DNA from: Hypanus sabinus
Taxonomy: Eukaryota
Length of the DNA stretch: 64,000 nt
NCBI RefSeq assembly: GCF_030144855.1
Contig: NC_082730.1
Location: 4,216,001 to 4,280,000 of the forward strand
Reading direction: 5' to 3'
Within the stretch, counting starts at the first letter, position 1; each line of letters starts with the position of its first letter. Below, one piece after another: positions 1 to 12,944 of this stretch. Position numbers and translations under genes: made by a program. A model generated the notes under the pieces. That model made no database searches, was not told the DNA's origin, and saw only the letters and a list, made by a program, of their open reading frames with translations.

Positions 1-1131
1 AATAAACCTCCGCACGCCAAAGCAAGGTACTAGAAGAATCAGCACAAGGGCAAAGTTCTACAAACTTAAAATGTTCGAATCTATAGACTAGTTATTAACT
101 AATAAACCAGCTACATACAAACATAAAGGAACGGTAAATGTATTAAACATCTGAGCTCAAACAATGCTCCTCGAGAAATTGTTGTGTGTCATCTATGGAT
201 TTAAATCACTTAAACAATTTATCAGGCAGAACAACCCTTAAACGAATGGGGTATAGCAGAGCCGGTCGGAAATTCCTTTGATATAATTCTGACATCACCG
301 ATTTGAAAGTCAAGCTTTCTTGCATTGCCTCAGGACAATAATCTTTAACCAGATGAAACTTATGATTTTGATGTAAAATAATTCCTTTCTGACGAGTAAT
401 TCAAATTAAGCGCTCTTTAGTACTCACATAGTGAAATCGAAGAATCACAGGGCACGGTTTTAACTCTTTCAACAGTTTTGGTCTTAAATCCCGATGGTTA
501 TGGTCGAGTACCAGAGAAGAAGTAAAGACCACCGAGCCAAAGGCCTCCATTAAGAACTGAGAAAAAATTTTAGTAAGGTCCCTGCTCTCAACGTCTTCAC
601 TGAGTCCTATTATTCACAAGTTCTGTCTGCGACTACGACTCTCCAAATCAATAACCTTGACTTTATACTGCTCCAATGTATGAGCAGCTGAGGTTAGTTT
701 CTTTTCCAAAGAATTCAGTCTGGAATCTCTGTTTTCCAGCTTCACTAAGCTCTGAAATTTGATGTTGCTGTTTTTCGTCCTCCTTTTTGAGTACTGCCAG
801 TTTACCTTCATTCTCCTTTAACATTACTTTCTCATTACAGAATCTCTTATCAAGTTTTTCATCCAAAAGATTGGAGACAGCCAGCAAAGTGAGTTGAGGC
901 TGTTTAGGTTGTTCGAAGACACCTTCTTTCTTCCCATTTCCATTACCTTGCCTTACGCTAATGCCTTTCTTCCTTAGTAGTCATTTACGGCGATTAACAT
1001 TCAGAATTCAAACATATATAGCTGTTAAAAACACTTTGATATAGATAATAAAATGGTGGTAAGGAAATTGAAAAATGACCGGAGCAGAGCCAAAATGTGA
1101 CCTAGTCCATCTAGCGCCACCAATAGAATCC
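1..1131 (-). mobile_element. L1 LINE 5' end/ORF1 (copy A, continues beyond window start)
   Basis: [17 protein letters not shown]1 ORF1 motif. Ends at the same agaatgagtc TSD (1132-1141) as copy B. Confidence 0.9.
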
Positions 1132-1337
1132 AGAATGAGTCATAAGTCTGAGGATTGAGATTGATTACGAACACAGCAAAGGGTAACAGAAATATTGTTG
1201 AAGAAAGCAAAAATGGAAAATTGAAGGATATTAAGAACAGACTGTGAGAGCCAAAATCAGGAAATGAAACAAACATAGCAGCAGGTACAACTGTAGTTTC
1301 CTTACAGACAGAGGTTGGTCTTTGCATTGGGGAATAA

Positions 1338-4300
1338 GGACCAACGACATAGGCAGGAAGAGGGATGAGGTCCTGAAGTGTGAGTTTCGGGAACTAGGCA
1401 GAAGGCTGAAGAACAGGACCTCAAGGGTGGTGTTCTCAGGATAGCTGCCAGTGCTGCGTGATAGTGATGGTAAGAATTGGAGAAGATGGCAGTTGAATGC
1501 GTGGCTGAGGAGTTGGTGCAGAGGGCAGGGTTTTACCTTTTTGGATCATTGGGATCTCTTCTGGGGAAGGTGGGACCTGCAGAGATTGGATGGGTTGCAC
1601 GTGAACTCAAGGGGGAGCAATATCCTTGCAGGTAGGTTTGCTTGCATGGTTCAGGAGGGTTTAAACTAATTTGCAAGGGGGCTAGGACCCGCAGCGATTG
1701 AGCAGTGAAAGAAGTGCATGGAGCAGCACCAGATCTAGCATATAGAGAGGATTTGAGGACAGAGAAACAGAAGAAAGGGTGTAAAGGTAGTAAGGTAGAA
1801 GGGCTAAAGTGTGTACTTCAATGCCAGAAACATCAGGAACAAAGGTGATGAACTGAGAGCTTGGGTACATACAATAGTGGTCATTACGGAGACTTGGCTG
1901 GCACCAGGGCAGGAATGGATTCTCAAAATTCCTGGATCTCAGTGCTTTAAAAGGGACAGAGAGGGGGGGAAAGGGGAGAAGGGGTGGCATTACTGGTCAG
2001 GGTTACTATTACAGCTGCAGAAAGGGTGGGTAATGTAGCAGGATCTTCTTTTGAGTCAGTATGGGTGTAAGTCAGAACAGGAAGGGAGCAGTTTGTCACA
2101 GTATGTTGACAAGTCGACTAGGGGGAATTCCATACTAGATCTAGTATTTGGTATCGAACCGGGTCAGGTCACTGATCTCTCAGTGGGTGAGCATCTGGGG
2201 GAGAGTGATCACCGCTCGCTGGCCTTTAGTACTATCATGGAAAAGGATAGAATCAGAGAAGACAGGAAAATTTTTAAGTGGGAAAGGGCAAATTATGAGG
2301 ATATAAGGCTAGAAGTTGTGGGTGTGAATGAGATGATGTTTTTGCAGGGAAATTTACTATGGACATGGTCGATGCTTAAGGATCTCTTGCAGGAAATTAG
2401 GGAAAAATTTGTCCCGATGAGGAAGATAAAGATTGGTAGGGTGAAGGAACCATGGGTGACAAGTGAAGTGGAATATCTAGTTCGGTGGAAGAAGGCAGCA
2501 TACATGGGGTTTAGGAAGCAAGGATCAGATGGGTCTATTGAGGAATATAGGGTAGCAAGAAAGGAGCTTAAGAAGGGGCTGAGAAGAGCAAGAAGGGGGC
2601 ATGAGAAGTCCTTAGCGAGTAGGGTAAAGGAAAACCCCAAGGCATTCTTCAATTATGTGAAGAAGAAAAGGATGACAGGAGAGAAGGTAGGGCTGATTAG
2701 AGATAAAAGTGGGAAGATGTGCCTGGAGGCTGTGGAAGTGAGCAAGGTCATCAATGAATACTTCTCTTTGGTATTCACCACTGAGAGGGAACTTGATGAC
2801 GGTGAGGACAATATGAGTGAGGTTGATATTCTGGAGCATGTTGATATTTAGGGAGAGGAGGTGTTGGAGTTGTTAAAATACATTTTGATGGATAAGTCCC
2901 CGGGGTCTGACAGAATATTCCCCAGGCTGCTCCACGAGGCAGGGGAAGAGATTGCTGAACCGCTGGCTAGGATTTTGATGTCCTGGTTGTCCACGGAAAT
3001 GGTACTAGAGGACTGGATGGAGGCGAATGTTGTCCCTTTGTTCAAAAAAGGTAGTAGGGATAGTCCAGGTAATTATAGACCAGTGAGCCTTATGTCTGTA
3101 GTGGGAAAGCTGTTGGAAAAGATTCTTAGAGATAGGATTTATGGGCATTTAGAGAATCATGGTCTAATCAGGAACAGTCAGCATGGCTTTGTGAAGGGCA
3201 GATTGTGCCTAACAAGCCTGATAGATTTCTTTGAGGAGTTCAACAGGCATATAGATGAGGGTAGAACAGTGCATGTGATCTACATGGATTTTAGTAAGGC
3301 ATTTGACAAGGTTCCACATGGTAGGCTTATTCAGAAAGTCAGAAGGCATGGGTCCAGGGAAGTTTGGCCAGGTGGATTCAGAATTGGCTTGCCTGCACAA
3401 GGCAGAGTGTTGTGGTGGAGGGAGTACTTTAGGATTGGAGGGGTGTGACTAGTGGTGTCCCACAAGGATCTGTTCTGGGACCTCTACTTTTTGTGATTGT
3501 TATTGACGACCTGGATGTGTGGGTAGAGGGTGGGTTGGAAAGTTTGCAGATGACACAAAGGTTGGTGGTGTTGTAGATAGGGTAAAGGATTGTCGAAGAT
3601 TGCAGAGACACATTGATAGGATGCAGAAGTGGGCTGACAATTGGCAGATGGAGTTCAATCCGGAGAAGTGTGAGGTGGTACACTTTGGAAGGACTAACTC
3701 CAAGGCATAGTACAAAGTAAATGGCAGGATACTTGGTAGTGTGGAGGAGCAGAGGGATCTAGTGGTACATGTCCACAGGACCCTGAAAGTTGCTTCACAG
3801 GAGATAGAGTAGTTAAGATAGCTTATGGGGTGTTAGCTTTCATAAGTCAAGGAATAGAGATTAAGAGACGCGAAGTAATGTTGCAACTCTATAAAACTCT
3901 AGTTAGGCCACACTTGGAGTACTGTGTCCAGTTCTGGTCGCCTCACTATAGGAAGGATGTGGAAGCATTGGAAAGGGTATAGAGGAGATTTACCAGGATG
4001 CTGCCTGGTTTAGAGAGTATGGATTATGATCAAAGATTAAGGGAACTAGGGCTTTACTCTTTGGAGAGAAGGAAGATGAGAGGAGACATGATAGAGGTGT
4101 ACAAGATATTAAGAGGAATAGACAGGGTGGACATCCAGCGCCTCTTCCCCAGGGCAGTGCTGCTAAGTACAAGAGGACATGGCTTTAAGATAAGGGGAGG
4201 GAAGTTCAAGCAGGATATTAGAGGAAGGTTTTTCACTCAGAGAGTGGTTGGTGCATGGAATGCACTGCCTGTGTCAGTGATGGAGGCAGATACAATAGTG

Positions 4301-4427
4301 AAGTTTAAGAGACTACTAGACAGGTATATGGAGGAATTGAAGTTCTTGGGTTATATGGGAGGCAGGGTTTGAGGGTTGGCACAACATTGTGGGCTGAAGG
4401 GCCTGCAATGTTCTGTACTATTCTATG
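1338..4427 (+). mobile_element. CR1 LINE, 5'-truncated, disrupted (ORF1 SGNH part, endonuclease, RT)
   Basis: ORFs [38 protein letters not shown]; CR1 3' tail gggctgaagggcctg...ttctatg; stops and frameshifts. Confidence 0.95.
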
Positions 4428-4904
4428 AGCTGTAGAGGAAATAAACCGTGTCTTCTTGTGTGTCTTTGTGGAGGACACAAAAACCTGCCAGAAATACAGG
4501 ATAGACAAGTGTTGAATACAAGTGTAGAAATAAAATCAGTCAGCATCAATGATGAAATAACATCATAAAAATGGATAACTGACACAGGCCTGTTGATCTC
4601 CATCCCGGAGTTTGTGCCAAGATGTCAGTAGTGTTACTCAACTTTCCGGTTATCATCTGCCAAACTCTACAGTTTCAGGAATGGTTCCTTCAGCCTGTTT
4701 CAAAAAGGAGGGAGAGAGAGAAAACTGGGAACCACTCACCTCCCCAGCTGACACTGGGAGTGGGGGCAATGTTGGAATCTGTAATAATGGGTGTGAAATC
4801 ATGCTGAAGAGGAATTATCACAAAAATTCAACAGACTGGTTTCTGATGTTGTGGGTCTGACATGTCACTAGCGTAGGAAATAGACTAGGCCTCTATTCAA
4901 ATAG

Positions 4905-5195
4905 TTCAAAATAAGTTTTATTATCAAAGTGCATATCTGTCACCACATACAACCCTAAGATATTTTCTCTTCAGGTATACTTAGCAGATCTATAGAACAG
5001 TAACTGTAAACAGGATCAATGGACAACAAACTGTGCAAATGGAAGTATGAATGAATAGCAATAAACAACCTGTTCTTGGACCTGGTGGTGCAAGTCCTGA
5101 GGCACTTGTACCTTCTACCTGATGATAGCAGTGAGAAAGAACTTGGCCTGGGTGGTGAGGATCTTTGATTATGTCGATGATTAATGTAGATGCTT
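4905..5195 (-). mobile_element. Rex1/Babar-like LINE 3' fragment
   Basis: tttattatcaaag... tail and ctggtggtgcaagtcctgaggcacttgtacct segment, which recurs in variant form elsewhere in the window. Confidence 0.5.
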
Positions 5196-5429
5196 TCAGT
5201 GGCTGGGGGGGATTTTATCCCCGATGTACTGGACTGAATTTGCTAAATTTTGTAGGACTTTCACTCAAATACATGGTTCCCATACCAGGCCATAATGAAA
5301 CCAGCCAGCATACTGTGGGAAAACATTGGGATTCTCCCGTGAGGAATTCTTCTTTCATTGATTGTTTTCTAGATATTAAAAAGATCAAGGAAACGGGGAG
5401 AAAAAGTTTTAGCCACGATCAGTTGAATA

Positions 5430-5470
5430 CGTTGTGTGGTTCAAAGGTAGCACGCCCGCTTCCTGATCCT
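5430..5470. promoter_or_regulatory. RUNX/TCF/ETS motif cluster in intron 1 (paralogue at about 42255-42290)
   Basis: TGTGGTT (5435), TTCAAAG (5440) and CTTCCTG (5459) within 31 bp, in a CpG-containing patch. Confidence 0.3.
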
Positions 5471-5623
5471 GCTCGTCATGTTGACACGAGCTCGGCAAAG
5501 TGTTTGTGAACCCGGATCACACTATGGAACAACAGAGCAGCGAGTGTGAGTGTTTGCATGTGTGTGTGAGTGTGTGAGTGTGTGCGTGGGTGTGAGTGCA
5601 TGCATGTGAGTAAGCATTGTAAT

Positions 5624-5654
<31 letters not shown>

Positions 5655-5954
5655 AAGAACGTATCACACAATGGGAAACTTGAGTAAGATGTATGTGTCA
5701 CAACTATGAGTTGTTTTTAAAAAAGAGAGGGATTTTTTCAGTTCTATGTGGATTGTATTTTCCCAGTGTCACCTCATGGGCATGTAGTGCTCCTTCGATT
5801 GTGAACTTTTCATGTCTAATTGTTTGTCTTTGCACAAAGTAGGTTTTCAGTTTGTGTTGTAAGTGTCTCATTTGGGATCACAAAGATTGTAAAACTCTCT
5901 TTGTATTGATCACTTTTATTCAATTTGGTTTGACGTGCTTTCTCGATCACTATG

Positions 5955-6165
5955 TGAGTTGAACAGAGCAGGAGACTGTGCTGTTGATAAGGATGCCTGC
6001 TTCAAATCTGTCAACCATCTCTACAGTAGCTGTTTCGATCAGGACAGGGTTGTGTACACACTCACACTTCCTTGGGTCAACAACTAGATCTTCTGTCTTG
6101 ATTATGTTGAGGTCTGTGTTGTTCTGACACCATGACAAAAGCATCATGATCACTTTCCTGCAGAG
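5955..6165 (-). mobile_element. Rex1/Babar-like RT fragment
   Basis: [27 protein letters not shown]...VEMV matches the RT thumb region. Confidence 0.7.
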
Positions 6166-6584
6166 TGAACTCACACATATGACCTTCAGTAGTTTGTTTA
6201 GATTTAGACAAGTTCAGTTTGTACTCCTCCTGGTTATTGAGACCCCTCTCTGCTTCCTTGTTACTCCTCTTCAACCTTCCAGAGTTCCCTGCATTGGGGT
6301 CCCCCTCCCAACCCAGTTTTATCAAATTTAAAGCTCAGTCTACCTCCCTTGTGATTGGATTCAGTCTGATCACAGTCTGTCCTAGTGGAACTGTACTCAC
6401 CTTCTCCAGTACTAATGCCAATCCCACAGGGACTAAAAGCCACAGCAGGGTCTGAGTAAGTCCTCGCTGATCCCATCAACTGTGTCATGATGTGGTTATG
6501 GGTTGGGTAATAATACAAAGATTAAGACGCTTGTGGTCATGTATGTGAATGTAACCCGGTTGCTCAGTGTCTGGGGAGATTTTA

Positions 6585-7094
6585 CACATTGCAGCCACTT
6601 ATTGATAACATCCTGTACCTAACAAAGTGGCCGCTAAAGGTATGTTCCTGGTCTTCTGCTGATGTCATGCATCATGATCTGCTCCATCAGCACTGTTGTA
6701 ACGTGTGGTAATTTGAGTTACTGTCACATTCCTGACAGCTTGAACCAGTCTGGCTATTCCCCTCTAGCCTCTCTTATAAACAAGGCACTTTTGCCCAAAG
6801 AAATGCAGCTCAATTTGTTTTTTAGTTTTAATCACCACTATCTGTAATATCTGGAGATAGATGTGTTGAAAATCCCAGGAGATCAGTCGTTTCTGAGATA
6901 CTCAAACCATCCCATCCGGCATCAACAATCATTCCAGAGTCAAAGACACTTAGGTCACATTTCTGATGTTTGGTCTGAACCTCATGACAATGTCTGCTTG
7001 CTTTATGCATTGAGTTGTTGCCACTGTTGGCTGATTTGGTATTTGCATTAATGAGCAGAAGTCCAGTTGTATCCAATAAAGTGAACATTGAGTG
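6585..7094 (-). mobile_element. Tc1-like internally deleted DNA transposon
   Basis: [28 protein letters not shown] Tc1 HTH; degenerate ...ccactt(t)att... terminal inverted repeats, with an internal hairpin at the left end. Confidence 0.75.
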
Positions 7095-7756
7095 TGTTCC
7101 AGCCACAGCCCTGCAGTGGATTCAGTGACCAGCATCTCAGTGTGGAGAAGCCATCGAAAGTGAGACAGAGAGAGATACTGTAGGGAAATCGTACCTTCAA
7201 CCCATTGAGTCTCCATTAACCAAACCACCTGTTTACACTCATCCTACATTAATGGTGTCTGGTCCAGATGGCATTCCTGGCCAAGTACTAAAGATCTGTG
7301 TGGTCCAACTAGCAGGAGTATTTAGTACTTGCTTCACTGTACAGCCGCACATGGCCGGGAAATGGGTTGGAACCAGAGAAGTTGTCCCAAACAAACTCTG
7401 ATACATTTGTTAAAATCTCTTCATCTCCATCATATGAGACCAGAGATAGAAGCAGTCAGCAGTTCAGGTCACATTGTGGAATGAGAAAAGAGCCAACATT
7501 TCAACGGATTCTGCCCGACCTGCTGAGTTCATCCAGGATATTAACCAGAATGTATAGATGTGAGCTATTGAACAGGAAGCCTGGTCCGGTAGGTCAGGTT
7601 GGACACCATCTCCATACCACATCCAGCTAGATTCTCTTACACCCTTCTTAAGCCAGTCACCCCTAGTGGGGCAAGGCTGTTGACAGCAGCTCACTAGAGA
7701 CCTCTATCCATCTAAACAGGGAATTCTGACTCTCCAGGACAACAGAAACCTGCCCA

Positions 7757-7950
7757 GAAACTGTAGCATTGGACTGTACACCATCTTTGCTCCAAGGTCT
7801 TATGAGAAGTGGCAGAGTCCTCAGAGACGGACCCTAACTGCGACTTCACACTCACCACCTCACACTGGAGATCCAGGCAGCAGGTGAGGGTCGGACAGTG
7901 CAGTGTGTACAGGAGCAGCCGGTGCAAGGAACCCCCTGGGGATGGGAGGT
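7757..7950 (+). pseudogene. Possible degenerate I-set Ig exon (copy A; paralogue at about 44556-44745)
   Basis: Across frameshifts reads [25 protein letters not shown] / QVRV / SDSAV / YR / ARNPLG, resembling Ig B, E, F and G strand motifs. Confidence 0.4.
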
Positions 7951-8405
7951 GCAGCCGGTGGGACATTTCCCAGAGACGGCTGAATTTGTGCTGAACCAGC
8001 TCTGTAGGAGAGCTTGGGGACCCAGGTCCAGTGACAATTCAGTCTGAGTGGTGGTCACCTTGTGTCCGATCAGTCGACCTCCTGACCCCTGCACACCCAC
8101 AGTGAGGGTATCCCTGTGACAGATCTCAAACCTCCATGAATATGTCTGTGACCACAACCCCCACCCGACCATTGATACCTGGCTGCAGGCTGAAACTTCA
8201 TTTCTCCGGATTGGGTACACAGAGTCTTGAGTCCTGATGAAGGGTCTCAGCATGAAACAACAGGAACTTTGTCTTGCTTGTCTCACAGGGCTGGGAGCAA
8301 CATGATGGGCCGAATGTCTTTCTCTGGTGTCTTTGATTTTCCCAGGTGTGATTCCTCTTCCTATCACTGACCTCACCTATGGACTGTCTTGTCTTGTCTC
8401 CTCAG

Positions 8406-8726
8406 CTGGGACTGCGGTTCCCCCCACCACTGTGACCGGAACTCAGGGACACTCGGTCTCCTTACATCCTGGGATCCCAGTCGGACCGGACATTCCTGAG
8501 GTTCATTGGATTCGGGTATCGCCCAGAATCAAGATTGTGACGTACTCGAATGGGAACATCATGTACTTCAGTTTCGATCAGTACAAGAACAGGATCACAT
8601 TCCATCCCGGGAACCTCAGTCTGGAAATCCATGATCTACGGAGAAATGACTCTGGTGATTATGAGGTGATTTTTACAAGACATTCAGGACATGAAAATAA
8701 AACAAGAGTGCGACTGGAGGTGTACG
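8406..8726 (+). CDS. Gene A IgV exon, CD2/SLAM-family receptor
   Basis: ctcag acceptor and G|GTGAGT donor; 321 nt, phase 1/1. Peptide has the C-strand Trp (EVHWIR), LSLEIHDL and the DSGDY motif, and no Cys, typical of CD2/SLAM V domains. Confidence 0.92.
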
Positions 8727-9859
8727 GTGAGTGAGACACTGCGGAGGGGCCACCAGTTCCTGAAACACCCCTAATGGATGGGTGAGGGCAGATCCTGTGT
8801 GTTTCTCTGTTTACTGAACCCCACTAACTACCCGTGGCTGGGGCTGGGCTCATGGTTCCAGTGTAGTGAGTCTGGAGGATACACCCGCCACATCCACAGA
8901 GGCTGAGTCAGGAGCCGGGAGGGATCGAACCAACAATGGGGAATCTCATGTGTCTGAGACTGAGGGAGCTCAGCACACAGGGAGAATGGACCTGGTGTGA
9001 ATGGGCTGGACAGTCTGTATCTGTGGGTCTCAGTTACACACTCTACCCCAGGTCAAAGGCCTGGTCTGTCATGTTCAGGGATCCCAGTTATCCCATCTGT
9101 TTCCCAGGACACTGCTTGATAATTCCCACAGACTGAGGTCTGAGCTCAGCAAGGTGTTTATTCCTCAGCCTTCATGCTGTGCTGTGCTGAGTGAGACCCT
9201 GTGTATTCATTACACTGAATATAGTGTCCCAGTGAGTGACACAGTACACGGACACAACAGCACACTCACACACAGCAATATGGTTCCTGACTCACTCTGA
9301 CAGTAATATCACATTCACAATAATCTCACTCAGCAGCGTCTGACTGAGAAACCTTCTCTCCACTGTTTGAGCGCATTGTGTAGTTAAGGAATATCACAAA
9401 TATTAACCTCAGCAACAACCCATCTTCAGACATGAAGGTGGATTGCAGATTGAATGTAAAATGCTTCTCTGAGCAGTAGTTTTCTTGCAGCTGTAGGCTG
9501 GAGTTCATTGCAAACCAGACAATTCCATTTAACATCCATTTTGTGTGTCTGGAGTGTGGGTGTGAAGAAGGGGGTGTGTAAAAACTATATGCAAGTCAAA
9601 GGAAGCATTGTAGATACATTAAATCTATACAATTATCCTGCATTTACCACTGACCTTTAGCATATAAAAATATCATATAATATTGTGTCGGGAGGCCGTT
9701 TCCTCCAAGATTGTCTGAATATGATGCCTGCTGCTTGTTTTTGTTGAATAAGACATTTCTATATCCACCAGCTTTGGTGTCTCTCCGGTGAGTTCATGTT
9801 ACAACATCCTCCATCCCAGTGTTAATGTTCACCATTAGAGGGAGGAGAACATCAAAACA

Positions 9860-10290
9860 TGGGAAATAGAACACAGAAGATCGAAAGTCATGAACATGGG
9901 TTGAAGACAGAGACCTCCTCTGGGATCAAGTCGGGGGAAAGTAATTGAGGTTTACAAAATTACGAGGGGGATAGACAGTGTAAATGCAAGCAGGCTTTTT
10001 CCACTGAGATTGGGCCAGAGCAGAGTTAGAGGTCATGGGTTAAGGGTGAAATGTAAAATATTTAAGAGGAACATGAGGAGGAACCTTCACAATGGGTGCT
10101 GAGCACACTGTATAGACTGCCAGCAGTCATGATGTATGTGAGTTTGGTTTGAAAATTTGAAAGAAATTTGGATAGGTACAGGTATGGAATGGTTCTGTTG
10201 GGCTATGGTTTTGGTGCAGGTTGAGTGACAAGGCAGATTAAGAAATCGACATAGACTAGATGGGCTGAAGGGCCTGTTTCTGTTCTGTAG
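9860..10290 (+). mobile_element. CR1 3' fragment (paralogue at about 46640-47075)
   Basis: gaggggatagac...ggctttttcc...agaggtcatgggttaagg and the CR1 tail. Confidence 0.8.
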
Positions 10291-10849
10291 TTTTCTGGGA
10301 CTCTATGACTCTCTGAATCAGATAGTAGTCAATGAAACCTTTCAGCCAATTAACCTGTTCTATACATCAGCTCTATGAAAGGATGGAGAACTGCAAGTTC
10401 TGCATCAGATCCAGCTGGAGACGGGCCCTTGTCTATACACTGGTCTCCACTGGAATAGTGTCAGAAGTCAGAATCAGTGTATCAGAGTGGGAGCAGGATG
10501 GAGAATCAAAGTGACAGCCTCTAGAAATTCTGAGTCACAATGGTGCCTGAATTGAAACGTCCCTCAAGGTGGTCGGTGACACTGAGTCTGGTTTCTCAGT
10601 GGAGAGAAGGTCACCGTGTGAACACTGAGTGAGTTCACTGAATTGGGAGTATACGTCAATCTCTGTTTCATTCCTTTGGTGCCCTGCATGGAGGGAAGGG
10701 AAATGGTTTTGTGACACTTCCTCCTGTGGATGTCCAGAACGTGGTGTGGGACATGGAGTGATGGGAGTTGTGGATGTGGCAGTAGAGCAGAGCAAGGTGT
10801 TACTCAGGGAGAAACTGGTCAAAATATGTAAGAAAGAGGAAAGGGAGTG

Positions 10850-11930
10850 GAATGTAAGTCTGAGGATAGTGTAAACTAAATGGGTAAAGTTACTCGAAGG
10901 TATTCTAAATGACCAAGCATAGAAGTATTTGGATTGGGAGATAGTTGAAATGTCTCTCTGTGTGGTAGGTTGTGTCTAGATTTTTGAGGAGGATATCGGA
11001 AAGTTGATGAAGGAAAAGCAGTTAAATTTGTCTACATGGACTTTAACAATGTCCTGCATGGGATGTTGGTGAAGAATGTTTATTGCCTTGGCATTCAGGT
11101 TGAGGTTGCAAATTGGATTCGACATCGGCTTTGCAGGTGATCTACAAGATGGTTGTCTCTCTGATTGGAGGACCGTGATTAGTGATGTGCCTCAAGGATT
11201 GGTGTTGGGTCCTTATTTGTTATCTCTATCAGCAATCTGGATGACAATGTGGTTAACTGGATCATCGGGTTTGTGGATGACACTGATTGGGGGTGTATAG
11301 GACAGTGAGGAAGACTATCAAAGCCTGTAGAGCAGGAATAATGAGCTGAAAATTAGCAGCTTGAATTTAATGCAGATGTGTATGAAACTTTGACCCTTGG
11401 GAAGTAAACCAGGCTGGAACTTAAATAACGACCAGTCAGGTACTGAAGTGTGTAGTAGAATTGAGGGATCTGGGAATACAGAACCATAATTTCTTCAAAG
11501 TGGTGTCACAGGTAGATAGGGTCATAAAAAAAGCTTTTGGCACATTGGCCTTCATCAAATCAAGGGATTGAGTACAGGAGTTGCAATGTGATGTTGAAAT
11601 TTTATAAGACCTTGGAGAGGACTAATTTGGAGTATTTGTGCAATTCTGGTCACCTATGTACATGAAAGGTATCAATTAGATTGAAAGAGTGCAGAGTATC
11701 AGGACTTGAGGACCTGAGTTATAGGGGAAGTTGGGGGAATTTCTTCACCCAGAGGGTGGAACAAGGTGCAGGTGGAAGTGTTGGGACCAGGTTCGATTTC
11801 AATGTCTAAATGAGATTTGAATAAATATTGGGAGGGATGTGGAAGGCGATGTCCAGATGTAGGTCAGAGGGGCTAGTTATGGACTAGATGGACTGAAGGG
11901 CTTTTTTAGCCACTGCAATGCTCTATGATT
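10850..11930 (+). mobile_element. Degenerate CR1 RT fragment (paralogue at about 47635-48715)
   Basis: [18 protein letters not shown] motif and the CR1 3' region. Confidence 0.8.
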
Positions 11931-12552
11931 CAATGCAGTCTCATTGAAAGGACCAGGAAGTATAGATGTTGATCCACTGAAGTTGGAGACCAGTGGGGTT
12001 GAAGGAAATGGCCAGAGGAAACTTATCCTTGCTTTCGGTGGGAGAGGGTGTGAGAACAGAGACGTAAGAAATGGAACAGGTTCTCAGGGCCTCACACCTT
12101 CATCATAATCTGGGCAGGCAGACTGGAGATTGAGAGATTGACAGAATAGAATGGGCTGTGTCTTGTGTTGGACCAGATTCAAGGCAGCTCAGGGCTGGGG
12201 CTCACTCAGGTTTTAGGCTTTGCAGGGATTCAGGGACCACACAGAGGAGGAACAAAAGACATGGAAATGGAGAGAATTCCTGGAATAGAGCACTATAAAC
12301 AGGACATGATGGAGAGTTTGTAGATGAGTGTGGGTTGTGTTTGGGAAAGAGGGTGCAGCACGTGGGAACTTGCTTCAGCAGCAAGTGACTGAACAGCAGG
12401 GTGAGGGAAGGTTTAAATCGTTTGGGTAAAAATGAGGTGGGATTGGTTTGAAGTTTACTCTGGACTGTTGGGGATGGGACGAGGGCGTTGAGGATCGAGC
12501 TGTCCACGATGATCTCCTTTACTCATCTTCTATCTCTCCCTCACGCCCTCAG

Positions 12553-12840
12553 AGCCTGTGTCAGGAGCAAACATCATGGTTCAGAACATCACCGGGACCT
12601 GTAACCTCACCCTGACCTGCTCTGTGACCTCTGGCAACCCCACCAGTTTCAGTTGGTGGAGAAGGGGAGATGTTACAGGAGACAACGGCAGCCATCACTT
12701 CTGGAAACACGGAGAGACGATACAGGTTCATTGCACAGCAGAGATGGAGGATGTGGTGTACGGGTGTGAGGCCAGCAACCCCATCAGTGAGGACACCGCA
12801 CAGGTCCGGCTGGGGAACGTCTGTAATCTGGACACATGTA
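12553..12840 (+). CDS. Gene A IgC2 exon, CD2/SLAM-family receptor
   Basis: ccctcag acceptor and A|GTGAGT donor; 288 nt, phase 1/1. [31 protein letters not shown] matches the SLAM C2 pattern. Confidence 0.93.
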
Positions 12841-12944
12841 GTGAGTGTCAGAGGAAGGAGTTGGGATTTAGTTATCTCCCCATCCCAGGACTGTGAGATG
12901 GGACAGCTTAGAAGAGCTTAATAAAAACATAAACATTTACAGCA

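Noticed and set aside
1451-4372. RT/endonuclease ORFs as host genes or an active element
   Set aside because: Fragmented CR1 with the same stops and frameshifts in both copies.
8289-8345. Signal-peptide-like stretch [13 protein letters not shown] just upstream of the V exon (also about 45088-45144)
   Set aside because: Neither nearby ATG is in frame, an in-frame TGA precedes it, and the intron would be only 60 nt with a weak donor. The 27083 exon is a better leader, though this could be a dead ancestral leader.
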